Positions 13,523 through 27,650 of a DNA stretch of 64,000 bases are shown here, one piece after another. Both the position numbers and the translations under genes were made by a program. Under the pieces are notes generated by a model. It was not told the origin of the DNA and did no database searches. It worked only from the letters and a program-made list of their open reading frames with translations. Numbering within the stretch: the stretch's first letter is position 1; each line of letters begins with the position of its first letter. This DNA is from Ptychomitrium polyphyllum (lineage: Eukaryota), in the NCBI GenBank assembly GCA_973851085.1, contig OZ316776.1, forward strand, positions 10,850,001-10,914,000, read 5' to 3'.

Positions 13523-15662
13523 TGCTTGAGGTTGGTTTGAGACACACACCTCAATGTTCTCTACGACCACGAGTAAGCCACCACTTCAAATGAAAGGCAA
13601 CTCAGAGCTCCTCCATCGTCATACCTCACCAATACCGACCTCTCAAACGTTCCGCATGTTGAACCACATTCGGTAATCGGACACCACCCCGGACAAAAAT
13701 TGAGGTGAACTAGGAGAAGTATGGAATACTCGCCCTTAGTTGAACCGTGTCATGGGCAAAAGCCATGATCCTCATATTCACGCCGTCGATCTGCACCAGT
13801 AATTGCTAGTTGCCAATGATTCCCCATAAATATTGGTACCACTTATATTACCTGAAGAATTATCCACCTGGCAACAATCAACGCCAAGAATATTCTACCA
13901 ATTTTTTGTTATTGATTACATGTGAACTAATGACTAGAGTAGGTACATCTGAGTTCGCACTTTGTGGTTGCATATTTAGAAAAGTCGGCTGGCTAAGTAA
14001 ACTTGATTTCGCCATGAGCTGGTATGAATTTACGGTGAGTGACAGGTACTGTAATGTACCGGTATGCATATTTTACTCATGTTGAAGGAAAAGCACAGCC
14101 TGAATTTTACGAAGTGAAACCTGCTTGAATGTAACGTAGGCACTTCTACTAACGTACCCCTGATGAACATGCCCATGAACCAAAGCGTTTTTTCTGCTTC
14201 CAGGATAAGAGGATCTACTACCACGAGTAAAGACGTTTGGTAAGTTCTCCTACTCCCACTCAGGTTCAAATTCTGGATCAAGGAGTGTGGAAGCCAATGA
14301 CAAACAAGACGTGTACCGTAAATCAAGGGTTGAAGTATTCAAGGGGTATTCACTACTTCAAGCGTTGACGATATGGATGAAGAAGATTCTTTGGCAATCA
14401 CAATTCCAACAGTCGGCATTGCAGAGTCAGACCTAATCCGGTTTTGTTCATCACAAGGTTCGATGATTCTGAAAAGTTCAACCATTGCGTGTCTCAAGTA
14501 AATTAGGAGTCCGGGACAACATAATTTTGAGTAGCAAGGCGCAACTCAGGAGACATACTGCATACCTTGAAGCTGATACACTTCAAAGTCCCCCTAAAGA
14601 ATAGTATCATTACCACCTTATATAAGGGAATCTTCTATGCATATATTGCCAAAGCTCTGTCATCAACATCCAAATTCTGTACTAAATACCTGCAATATAA
14701 TCTCTATTGCAGCTGCGAACTTGCAAAACTGCACAGCCTAATTTGCTATCAAAGACCGAGTCAATTTTGATCTAAAAGAGAAAAAAGTAATTACAATTGT
14801 AGAGCCCTAGGCATAAAACTCCAGAGTACAAATTCACCAATACAGTTGATAAAGCCGGATTAGAATACAACAATTGTGCAAATTATGATACACGAAATCG
14901 CAATACATTTTACAGGCAATAAAGTCAATTCGTCAATCAAGTATGTCACAACATAAACAGTTAAAATTCCTATTTGCAAACTACGCTATATACCTTACCA
15001 GACAGCCTCAGAACTTGAAAAAATCCTGGAACACATCCATGCAGTAATTCAGCCCACACTCTGACTGAGCATAGCTAGTGCTGAAGTTCTTCGGACATAC
15101 CTGTGAAACAATAAACAGCACCATGGTGCTGGATTCAGTGTGCTCCTGATAGCACTCCTGCTATCGTATGCAAAGCTGACAACGAGCAGCATGGACCACA
15201 TTTAGTTTTAGCTAAACTAACGATGACTAATCATTTGAAGTCGGTGGTCAAATAGCACGACATTCCCCAGTAATATACTTGTACATGATCGCAGAGTGAA
15301 CATCCGTTCAGAACATCACTTTCTAAAATCTGCCCTTCAAAACCGATGAACAACGAAAACGCTGATCTAAATGATCGCCTCGACTAAACTTCGGGTAGAC
15401 TCATTTCTCCAGTTACCTATTCAATTAAATTAACACATAAGCGAGAATTGCTGGTATGAAGTTGCACACCATTGAGAAGTATATATTTCAAATGGTCTGA
15501 AGTTGCACACCATTGAGCTGCGAGGAAAAAACAGTTTACTGCTCAAGATCTAAAGAATGCTACCTAACTCTATCTTCCATAAGCACCTTGCTATATCATA
15601 GCATCCGTAGCAAGAACTCCATATTAGCTGAAAGTAAAGCCTATTAACGATAGCGTTTGCAG

Positions 15663-18334
15663 TCATGGCAGACTCGGTGGAAAATGCGGCCTTGCAATAT
15701 TCAAGAGTCCACATCTCTTGATGACGATTGACTTTAGAGGCTTGTCCCAGTTGGCGCGAGCACTAGCAGCACGGTCATCTCCCAGCAACTGCGCAAAACT
15801 ATTGAACTGTTGAATTCGCCCACTTGGCTTGTACGTGGGCACTGTTGATACAGCAGCCACCACCTCCATACCTGTAACAAAAAAACGACTGAATCAAAAG
15901 TCTAGAAGCAACTAGACCAGAATACTTTAACTCACAATAATCCAGGGATATCAAAATCGGTTTTGGTGATGCGAATGATCAGAGCTTTTGCATTACATTA
16001 CGAGATTTGAACCTGCGTGAACTATTTGGTCGAAACATGTCAGGTACAACAAGAAAGAAACTGACCTTCAAGTACAGTACCAAAAATGATGTTTCCGTTG
16101 TCCAGTTGAGGAGCAGGTCCAGGGCCTGGCATCCAAAACTATAGTCAGCAGAAGTTGCGAAATGTTACTGGTTCAGAATAATATTAAAAAACACTCATTT
16201 TACATCATAGTGCTTCCAATGCAAATAACTATATCCTTACCTGTGGTGATCATAAATTCCACATTCCGGTAATCAGAATTTAATTTGATCGCCTCTTCGT
16301 CATCGTTTTCTGACAAGCAAAGCGAGACACTTCCGGGTCTCTGATGCCTTAATTTGAAAGAATTACCACGAACGACTTCCTCATTGCGAACCAACTTAGT
16401 TGGGGGTGACGTTTCTCCTTTGTCCCTCAGCCCTTGCCGACCTGCTTGGATGTACTGGCCTTGTAGAACTCGATTGAAAATAGTTCCTTCATACGACGAA
16501 CCCGCCGTTCCTGTACACATGGCTTTGAAGTTCTTCACTGTCTGCGGCACCTGAAATGAGATGGATACATCTCAGCGAGATCCGGGTCTACTGATCCGTA
16601 GTACTACTCACTTATCATTGTAATCAAACACATAACACCTTGTATGCCTCTTGACTCGTCTCGCTAGTAGACTCAAGACGCCGTTAGCAAGACCAAATAT
16701 ATTGTTTATAAGAAATTCAAATCTCATTCTTGCAAACCTGAAAAGTCATCAAAGAGTAAGAGCGATGCACCAAGTTACCCGATTCTCATAATAATCTCAA
16801 ACGTGATAAGGGGTACACTAGTCTGGGAGATATCACCAACAACCAACGGCCTCATGTGCAAATAGATGTATCAATTCAGTGCAAGGAAATTGAGAACTGT
16901 TTATGTACGTATAGCTAAGTTGCAAGCAACAAAGATAACAGACCTGCTTACCGTACAAGCCTATGACGATGCGCCCCAAATCCTCTCCATCTGTGCAAAT
17001 CAGTGATGTGTTCCCAAGAGTCCGATCAGACCTTGCTAAGCTCGGACATTCCATGAGATCCAAGTAAACGCGGTCCGTAATTGTTGTGTCAGCAGCTGAT
17101 GAGCCAACCTCCTGTTACCACAGAAAGTGCACCTCAAGAGTTTGAGATAGGCTCCCTATGGGCAATGAAATGCATTCGAACATGAACATTCTTCAAGGAA
17201 CCAGATATTATATACTACAAACAAAAGACACAAGGCAGTGAAAATACTCAACATCATCCAAATGTTACAAAGACTTTCGATTCTGTCTGCTACTAAGATG
17301 ATCGCAATTTAGTGAGCGGATTACAGCAGAGAATATATGAAACCTTAATGCATCCTCGACGGGACAAAAAGTTACTTCGCAGATCTTAATACCACAGTAG
17401 TACAGCTTAGTTATCCGGCGAAACGTGGTCTACTAGACCCTCAAATGTACTTTGCAGGTGAAGAACTGTGAACTAATTCGCAAAATCAGAAGCGGCAGTA
17501 ACACCATTCATAATCCAGTAGTAGATGGCGCTCCATCATATAAAATACGGAACCTAAAATGGACTAATGATTCTCAAACTAATTACCTATAAAAAGACAG
17601 ACAACCCTTGGAACCTGGTGACTGAAAGTCGATGTTCCTTTAAAACAGAGTGAAGAGAATCACAGCCATATTCGCGAAGACAAATGTGCCTCAACCGCGG
17701 TAAACTACCATGGCAACCGCCACAATGCTTACTAACTGAATGATTTTCATTACCGGCACAATTCCTCAATCCGTTCTTGACGGCTTTAGTTGAACCGCCA
17801 GTTCACCTGAGAAGAAAAGGATAATGAGGGAATTGTACCATCCACCAAAACTCTGAACCTAACCCGAAATAGGAGCTCATCAATGAGAAGAATCAAGATA
17901 CACAGTCGAATGAGATAAGACGTTTGACCTAGATAGGCAGTGTTCGAATTAAGGAGAAAGGACACGAGTGAGAACATAGTTAAAAAAAACAACCGCAAAA
18001 GAGACGGTACCTCGCCAGCATAAGAAGGCAAAGCTGCTGCGGTCGAAGCAACGCCGGAAACAAGGAGAAGAAGCTCCCGCCGAGAGGTTAAATGCAAATC
18101 AAGACAACCAGAGTCAGAGCAAGAAGACTCCGACCTGGAAGCTGGTGAGCAACATTGCACTTCCGTGCGGCAAGAGGTGGCAGGGCGACAAGTCGGCCGC
18201 CGCAGCTCGATACTCGAATGCGCCGCAAAGGACGAAAACCTCAGCGTGCGCTTGCACGTCGCGACTAAAGAAAGACCAGGCCATACGGAAGACGGACAGC
18301 AGGTGGCACACCATGCCCCCGCCATAGCCTCCAT
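15663..18334 (-). CDS. CYP28: Chloroplast thylakoid-lumen cyclophilin (peptidyl-prolyl isomerase), CYP28-like
   Basis: Exons ~18334-18011, 17110-16944, 16550-16241, 16126-16067 and 15871-15663. Transit peptide with twin-arginine SRRELLLL...SYA. Motifs [81 protein letters not shown]. Confidence 0.9.
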
Positions 18335-20967
18335 CTCCGTCCCTAAACTCCTCTTCACTCCAACGCTGCCTCCCGCACTACCTCTGCCTGTCACTCTCCT
18401 TCACCCGTCCTTCCCAATCACTCCGGCATTACTCCTCGACGGCACTCAATCGTCAGCCCCAAGCTCACAGAAACAGAGCATCAAACCTGAAAAACAAAGA
18501 ATCACTTAAGAAACCGAGCTCAAGGTGTGAATTCAATCGATACCGAGCCATTACTCGTACAACACTCATCTGATACTGGTCTGACACTCTGCATCTACAC
18601 TAGCGGGTATCTTCAGCAGGATGAACGAAATTTCCACTCTGTATATCCACTTTGCGATTGATAACTTGATGATACTAACGTGATATTGTGGATGTACTTA
18701 AATGCTGCCCTGGTGATAATCGGGCCAGTGGTCGGAGAACGACGGACTAGGCTACCACGTTATGAGGCGGTCGGGGCTGCTTGGGAAAGAAAAAGCAGCA
18801 CAACACATGGAAGCCTGAAACGGTGACGGCGATGCGCAGGGGGAGGAGGTTGCATGCGTAGCGATTGACATTGGAGAGGGCTGGAAAGGTGGCGATGCGG
18901 TTGCCAATCTGCGATCGCATTGGCGAAGCGTGACCTAATAATACAAGTTGTGCACAGACAATATCATCGTCAATTCCTCTTCTACTATCGCTACTGTGCA
19001 ACGGAATTCGTATAAAATTCTATATAGTGCTCCGCTCTTCTTGCCGCCATTACGAGGGTCTTTGGTTAACTGAAGACTTCACAAGATTGGTTAAGTACGA
19101 TAATCTTGGATCCACGTCTTCATTATACAAAATAGTTGTTTGTATTTTGAGTTTTCAATGAGTATTTTGCAGTCTTATTTTATCTATTTTAATACTAATA
19201 GTCTATAAGTAATGGTTCATATCTTATAGAACTATGTATTGAAAACAAGTGTTTAGATTAGAAGATGTACGGATAAAGATTAGAAGTTGTGGCAGCTAAG
19301 TTCTATGATGGTTGTTTGTTTTAAATGTACATTATTTTACTTCATTTCTAATTATATAAGAATTATCAATTTTTAATTTTTAAATATTTTTAATGTTTTT
19401 AGTTGTTATGGATATTTACTTATCATATTTGTAGGTGTATTCTTTTTATATTGTGGAATTTATCATTTGTTACTTAAACGTGCATTATTTAACTAAATAT
19501 CAAAATTTTAAAAACAAATTTTATTCAAATTTTTTAACAATTTTTTATCCAAAGTTATGTATAAATCTTTACAATTTATTAAATTGGTTCTTGATTTATG
19601 TCAACAAATTATTTTTAATACCTCCACGGTAATAAAGTATGCATCTATCTATTGCAAAGAATGAAAATATTGTTCAAATTCTTTTATTTGCTATTGAAAT
19701 TTGCATGTAATGTGTTAATGTATTAACTTTCAATTCAATGTTTTTAATTTTAATAATCAATTGTATCTTTAAATGAAAATCATGAAAAAGAATTCAAAGC
19801 TTAAACAAATTTTAGAAATAATTGTAACTAATCTCATGACATTAAAATGTAGACGTGCTAACTTCAAAATAATTAACTTCAATAACTTTTTAAAAGCTTG
19901 ATGCTATAGCTATGGATTTAGATCTCACTTTTTATATTTAATTTTGCTAGCACAAGCTAATACGTAACACAATTTTTATGTTTTCTTTTAAAATTGTAAA
20001 CATCATCTATATGATAGGGTTTTTTTATGAACTATTCATTAAAACATGAAATCATATGAATTTTAGAAATAAACAAGTAAGGGGCTCATTACATTTTTGA
20101 TGAAATAATACTTAACATTAATTTTTGTACAATTATAATTAAGATGGACAAATTTTTTTTTTAAAAAGGATGCAAAAATTACATCGAAAAATTCTTAATT
20201 AATATATGTAGACAACTAGATGGAATTATAAGGTTTCTTTTTTGTAGTACGTACAGGCAAGTTTGCACTCAATCGCCAAACCCTGGTGCCATGCAAACCC
20301 GAACATAACTGAGACATCATGTACAGAGAGGGGTAGACTCTGTACAGTAAAATCTAAGTCCTCGGTAGATGATGTCTGTTCTAGAGTTCAGTGACGATAT
20401 TGAACGCACATCCTTCCAAAGTTTGATCCACGTCACTGTGCATCTAACCAGGTACGAGGAAGACTTCACAGTCTCAAATCCATGAAAACATTCGGACCCA
20501 GAACAATCCTCATCAACCCCCACCCAACATGACCGTAATTATCAAGCCTTGCCCAATGATGACAGTGAAGCTGCCTTAGCATAATAGATTAAAGGAACGC
20601 ATGTAAAAGACCCCTTAATAATCTCAAATACCAGACAGGACAGCAAACTATCACCACGCAAAAACCCCAAGGAACCATATGTCAGCCCTCTCAACGAACA
20701 CAGGAACCATTCTAGCTGCACCACCCATATCTCCAAGATACAACTTCTGCAACACTACCTACAACCATCGCCTCCTCCCACCACCTTCTTGTCTGCCTCT
20801 TCAGCTGCCTTGGGCTTAGTCGTTCAGCATCTCATGCTCATCACAGCTCGGCTGGTTCACCGAATCTTCATCCAAATCTAGAACTTTCAAATTGTAAGGT
20901 TCCCGAACTGCTGCCTCAGGACCACTTTGGCCTGGAGCTGGGATGGCTACAAGCTGGCCGCATCTCG

Positions 20968-21077
20968 ATGGACGCCGCAAAGCTGCAGGAGTTCAAGCTG
21001 TTTATGCAGCAGTTGGAGGCCAGCTTGGCGATACTCGCCACCCTAGCGCTTTGGTTCTTTCACGACTACTTAGAAAA
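20968..21077 (+). pseudogene. Isolated first coding exon of Hsp70-interacting protein (HIP/ST13 family)
   Basis: ATG 20968 reads MDAAKLQEFKLFMQQLEASLAILATLALWFFHDYLE, then a GT donor (gttagg). This resembles the plant HIP N-terminal dimerisation domain (MDxxKLxELKxF...P.L.FFRDYLE). No further HIP exons are visible. Confidence 0.65.
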
Positions 21078-21289
21078 GTTAGGATTTTTTTCAATGGTGA
21101 CGGTTTTGGATATATAGTCCTAAAATTGATATGTATGGACGGACATATAAGTTCTCATGACAAAATATTGACAGTTTTCATTTCAAAATGTCCAAAGTTA
21201 GTTTTGGTTTTGAATTCAATTCAATTAATGGAATGCAGCCTAAATGAATCTACAAGATACTTGAATAATATTTGATCACGTCAAATGTA

Positions 21290-22850
21290 TTCAGTTGGGG
21301 GCCATTGTGACTTGCCATGTATACAATCCTATTTATTAAAAAGTCATGACTATTACAACTTGCAACATGCAATTAAAAGGTATAGAGGCTCAATGTTGCT
21401 CTAGCATGGATTGAATGGTGCTGTGGTATATAATGGATTATCAAAACTCAAGTTCAAAGGTTTTATAGCTAATAATGTCCAATCTAATTGGAATGTTATC
21501 CACATCATCAAAGGAAATGGAAAGAAAGACTTGTATATATAAAAATAGGAAAAGATTAATTTCTTCTACTATTTCTAAGTCCTCAATTGCATCATTAAAT
21601 TTCACATTAAGCTAGATCTTTAGAAACAATATAAGCTCTTCTATAAGGAATACAAGGACTTTATCATGCTTGCAAATGCAAAAGCGCAATATCTTGCCAC
21701 TAGCCAATGGTTGATGTCAACATATGCACCTTCAAAGTTAGATTTAAAAATTCTAAATTAATCGCTTCTATTTTAACAATATTGTTATATCTAATGGAAA
21801 GGAATAATGCAATTAATAAATTTCTTTTGAACTTATTCTACTACATCTCAATATGTTTTTTTATTTTTTTCTATAAAGATAAATGTTCTAAAATTCTATA
21901 TTTGCCACAAAAATGATCATCACTTCTATAACTTGATTGTAATTTAGTGCCTTATAATGGTACAAGACTTGACAAATGAAGAACAAATAAACATGCCCTT
22001 GTTCAATTTTTATAAAATAGTCTATACTAAGTGGTTCCAAATGCTGGATAAGAAATAAAAGAACATCTTTGAGGCCACCTTGAACAACTACGTAACGGCC
22101 TTTATGCAAATCATTAGTTATTATTCCTTCCAAAAGATGAATAGATTGAAATAGGACTAAAGAGAGACAAACTTAGACTTTGAAGTACTCAAAGGATCAA
22201 GGATTTGATGAAGATTAGAGATGCCATAGCAATTTTCTTCAATGTAGAAGAATGATGCAATAATATTCCAAAATGTATGGGTGAAGAAATATTTAGCTCT
22301 ACAAAGCATGGTTTCAACATATCTATTGGCTCTAAGTACAATTTACATCTTGTCAATAAAATTAATGTCTTCCACTTGCATGTGCAAATAATAACAACCA
22401 ATGCTCAACATACTAAGGAACTAATTAATTTGGACCAAGAAGAAGCTACAAAGAAGGACAAGGAGGTAGATTTTGATAAAGGCAATGTTCTTACATTTTT
22501 CTAAGCACCCTTTTGAAACAAAATCATACATATTACAACCATAGTAGAGTCAGAGTTCAATGTGAAGGAATGGCACATTCTGCACATTAAGAAGGCTTAT
22601 TTAGAAGTTGCTAGTTAGGTCATGCAAGAAAAATCAAAGAATTAATATAAGACTAAGATTATGAATGAAAAGATAGACATTCTTATTCCTAATTATGGAA
22701 GCAATTACTACAACTATCATATAAATGTGATGGTTTACGAAGGCTTTTACTTCCATCTAAATGTCGTTGATTATTGTATGAAGGTTACATTTGAAGGGTG
22801 AGTTAAGACCTCTATAATAGAATCCTTGACATTTGGCTAGTCAAAAGCAA
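21290..22850 (+). mobile_element. Decayed DNA transposon relic, probably Mutator/SWIM-type
   Basis: Stop-riddled remnants such as 'GFIANNVQSNWNVIHIIKGNG' (~21460-21520) and 'HIKLDL*KQYKLFYKEYKD' recall MULE-like transposases. AT-rich. Confidence 0.35.
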
Positions 22851-24449
22851 AATGAACTTGAAGAAAAATGAGGTTGACATTCAAAGAAGGTAGCTTTTAA
22901 TTCCTAGAATGGTCTAAGATTTCACCTTGCAAATTCTTTTAAAATACATTAAACTCTATCATTGCCTACTCTTTGTATTACTTCCTTTTCAATCACAATT
23001 ATTATTCAACTTCTAAATTTAATAAAAATATTAATCCACATAAGGCAACTTGTTCATCAAATAAGTCCCAAAGTGGAGTTTTATCTTTGTTGTAAAGGCC
23101 AAATTTTAGAGGTGATCATGGTTAGCATGCCTAAGTTTTTTTGTATCATCTACTTTATTATGTGGCACTTTAATTCAAAAAAAGAATACAAAGCAAATAT
23201 ATATGAATGTATTCTAAAAGTGCACATGCTCAAATTTCTTAAAAATAAAAATGAAGTCAATTCACTTGAAATAAGCATGGGTGAATTGCATATACATTTA
23301 TTACATCCAGTACGTAATTTGCAAGCTCAATACTAAAGAAGATTCATTTATCCATGCTCTTAGCCTTAATTTTATCAAAGTAAAACAAGTTTTCAAGTGG
23401 GATTCCAATCGTAGACAATATGACCCTTTTTCATTTCTACAAAATTGGCCAGTATAAACTAAATTTTGCTTCCATCTTTATTTGCTTTGCTTCTATTATT
23501 CTTTTATATTTAAAATTTTTATAACTAAATCTATAATTTTTCAATTGTTATTGCAAAATTAAAGCCGTAAATCCTACCATGTATATATACGTGTTATAAT
23601 ATTCCATTTATGTATTAAAAGTTGAAATCCCTAATCATTCTTTTTATCATTGAAATGGCTGTATTCTTTATTTGTTTTTTTTTTAAACATAATAGCCCTT
23701 GATTTGTGCCTCATAATTCTTTAATTTTGACAAGATGACAAAATGTAAAAATTATAGAGTTACATATTATGGCAGAATACATGATTGTTAATGTAAAATG
23801 CATGCAACATGCATTAGTAAAAGCATGACTTTGTTGTATTGGATGTGACTTATTACATGACAAGTTTTGCTGCAATTATTGAATATCTATTCAACTACTA
23901 TTTTTTTCCATGCAATTTTTGGCGTCAAGTAGTAAGATCTTATAATTAAGTGAGTTTTAGGGAAGCCACCATTGCTTATTAAACATAAAGGTTGCAAAAG
24001 GAAACACCTTTTTTGTCTAAGCTAAATTGGTTAGTAGTGGTGGATGGAAAATTATTTGATTGCAAGCATATATTCTTTGAGAGTTTAACATCTTTTGTGT
24101 CCTTTAATACAGAGATTGTATTCCTAACACTATGGCATATCAAACCTACATCTCAAATTTTTTCCATATTTTTGGATAATAAAAATTCCATATGATAATA
24201 TATAAAAAAATATCAAATATGGATTTCAAAATTTAAGAGAAGAAAAAAAGCTCTCTATGTATACTATATTCAATAGCATTTACTACCAAAATTTCAAGGA
24301 CAAAATTAAAATTACATATCCACTTGGTTGACAAAACCAATTCAAATTAAAAAAGCATTTTTGAAAAAAATAATAAATGACCAAGTCTTTTTAAACAATA
24401 GGATTCAATTGGAGACTGTGTCTTTCAAAAACTAAGCACTACAATTATC

Positions 24450-26900
24450 CAAGATTTCAAAGCATATCTAAATGTAGCTCCTACAACCAAGTGTTTTTTT
24501 TGTTGCTATTGCCTTTTGCTTTAAAAGATTGGCAAAATACATTTTGGTCAAGGATTCTAATTGGTAGAAGGCATACTTAAGTTCATCCAACCATCCATAA
24601 TTGTCTTTGATTTTGGCTTTGTATCCAAGAAGAAACTACAAATTTGCAAGTAATGAGGTTTTGATATTAACTCTAGGCAATTCCGTTTGTAAAAACTGCT
24701 CAACTAATGTATGTAATCATTTAGCTTCAATCATGTAGCTTTGTTGTTTGCTATATTCCACTCTTTTTGAGCACTTTATAATTCTAAAATTTATCTCAAT
24801 CAAGTTTTGTGTTCAAAAAACTAATAATTTGCAAAGCCCTAAATTCATACTTCAAGTATTAAATTTTTTATAGTTCCTACAAATATAAATACAAAAACAA
24901 TTTAAGAACTTAAAATTTTAAAAATGCATATTGAACAATTAGATTTTGAATTCAAGAATTTATCTCTATTATTAGGCTATGAGCAATTGTTTATTGCTCA
25001 CTTCTCATAACAAATACTCACCTTCCATTCACACAATTTTATCACTAAAAGCATCAATTTGTCAATTTGCTATATAAATTATTCCAAAAATAAACACCTC
25101 TTTAGATCTAACTTTGTGAGGCCCTTTAGTGTTCCAATTTGGTATAGAAGTTGCTACAAGGATGAATATCTAGATAGATCTAAGTATATAAGATCCTTCA
25201 ACTCCGCAATTTGTGCAAGGATGTACTATTAGACATGTCTAAGTTTATAAAAATACTCACCATCAAAATATTGAAAATTTTGCTTCAAAATTGAATGAAT
25301 TATGAGAGAGCTTTGAATATTTTAAACTTATTATTTTTGGATTGGAGAAGAAAGTTGATAATTCATGATAAGGCCTAGCGATTCTTGAAAGTAAGCACAT
25401 CTAAAGATAGAGTACTTGAATATTGTCTAAACTTTAAAAAATAATATTGGCCTTTAATCACTTCTTTGTTGGAAGTGATTTAAATACTTTTCTTAATGCA
25501 AAGAAATAGTTGTATGTACATTCAATAGCTTTAGCTTTATCAATAATCATGAGTGCTATGTCTTGTAAAATCTTGTGCACTTGGATATATCTTTTGTAAT
25601 AATTCCAATCAATCAAAGACCCTTCTTTAAGAATTCTCAAGTGTGCTTTGCATCATCCTCTGCACCAATCAATCCTTTTGAGATCCACATTTAGAATAAT
25701 TTGGTAATTGAAATATTGGAGTATTCTTGAAATGCTACAATATATAAGAAGCATGTCTTCAATACATTGTCCTCTAGCATGTTGTAATTCCACCTCAAGT
25801 GGCCAAAAACTTCATCTTCCATTATAAAACCTAATATTGTTTTGGATTGCTTCAATTTGTATAAATCATAGGCCCATTCTTTTTTCTCCACCTTATCTTT
25901 TATTGCACAAACCATAGTTAACAATGCTAGGAAGAACCTTTTACATTTTTCATATACTTCTTTGGCCAATTCCGTTCAAATTATCATTAAAAGTATGCCA
26001 TTGTAAAATGTATGAGAGGATAACAATTTCCAATTGTCATCTACAAAGAGATGAAAAAAGAAAAATAATATGATCTTTGACTCAACATAGACTTCTGAGA
26101 ACACTCCAATATTGCAAATTGAAATTAAGGTTGTAGATCCTAAAGTTGTAAAAACATTAAGCTAATACATCATTGAATGACTTTATTCACCTTTTTGCCA
26201 CTACACATCATTCAAAACCAAGAGTACTTTTTTCTTAGTGAATGCACTTTTTAAGAAAGAACATTGATCTTTTAGGCTTTAGTGACCATAGTTCTATTTG
26301 AATCTTGCATCTTTTGAAAACTCTACCATTTTTTGTACAAACTAGGCACTTTAGCATTGCATCTTTTGTACAAATTAGATACTTTAGCATTGTATCTAGA
26401 TGTAATCTAATTGATAGAATCAACTTCATACTTTTTTATAATGTCTTTGTTATTGTGCAATATTTGAGCCAGCAATGTTTTCTCTTCCATGCAAATTAAG
26501 GTGGCTAGTCATGTCTTTTATATGATTTTCAAATATAAATGCTTTCAAATTATTAAATGGAATATTTAGCCCTACAATTTATTGCACTACAAAACTTGAT
26601 GGTTTTGTTTCCTTTAAAACATTAATACACACGAGATTGCCATCAGCTTAAGAGGCAAGTTTCCCTCCTATCTAAAAATCACCACTCTCAGTTCTCTCCA
26701 AAATACTTTTGAATTCTTCCAATATTTCAAATTAGACCTTCTCCCAATCAACTGAATGTTTACAAGTTAGATCAATGTGTGGTTGAAGCTTATTCACGCT
26801 CTCCAAAAAAAGTATATACTCCCATTATGTCAATAAGCACTTTTTACTACATTAGTCACTTTTGTAAAGAATATGCTTACCATTGCTCCTATTACTACAA
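24450..26900 (-). pseudogene. Degenerate NB-ARC-LRR (NLR) immune receptor pseudogene
   Basis: Motifs in the correct order on the minus strand: P-loop remnant KTLLAQILHN (~26470), kinase-2 KKVLLVLNDV (~26220), GLPL remnant CKRFFLAL, RNBS-D LKTCFLYIVAFQE, MHD remnant IQVHKILQDIA (~25570), then LRR-like Leu-rich remnants. Many stops and frameshifts. Confidence 0.8.
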
Positions 26901-27608
26901 GAATGAAGAGTAGATCTACCATGACAACCTACGAAGGTGCTATTATATACCACGTATCCAAAAGAAATGCAAAAAGATGGATGTGTAACCTATCTACACA
27001 TTCTCTACTAATACACTATACCAACATTGTGATCAAATGAAAACTTCTCATAAGAAGGTATCTACTGGAAAGTACAAAAAATTCCAACTCATGGTGGCTT
27101 AAATAATATCTAAATTCACCATACTACATAAATCCATCAAGACTCTTCAAGATAATTCATTGATGATGCAATCTATGCATTAATAAGTAATGACAATACA
27201 CATGTTATAATTTTCAATTTTGTAACAAGCCAAATTTGCATAAAACAAGCCAAAAACAGAATTCTTTCATGCACATAAAAGATGAATTAGCATAAACAAT
27301 TTGCACTTTGATTCCAAATTTCCTCCAACCTATAAAACAAATGACATCACTAAACACCAACTTCATACTCACAAAAAAGCAATGCTCCATTGCACTAATG
27401 CTTAATCCACCTTCCCAACTATCAACAAATAATCAACTAGAATGAAAGAATGAAAGAGATTAGAAGCCACGTACAAATAAAAAGGCCTACAACAACAAAC
27501 AAACCCAAAAAACTGTAAAACCTTGCACCAGCTAAACCTTGCACCGCAGTTTTGCACAGAAACTTCACAAGGGCATGACACTCATTGAGAAAACTCCCAC
27601 ACCCAATA

Positions 27609-27650
27609 CACCACTCCACTCCACTCCTCTCCTCTCCTCTCCTCTCCTCA
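27609..27650. repeat. Compound pentanucleotide microsatellite (CTCCA)n(CTCCT)n
   Basis: cactccactccactcctctcctctcctctcctctcctc. Confidence 0.85.
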
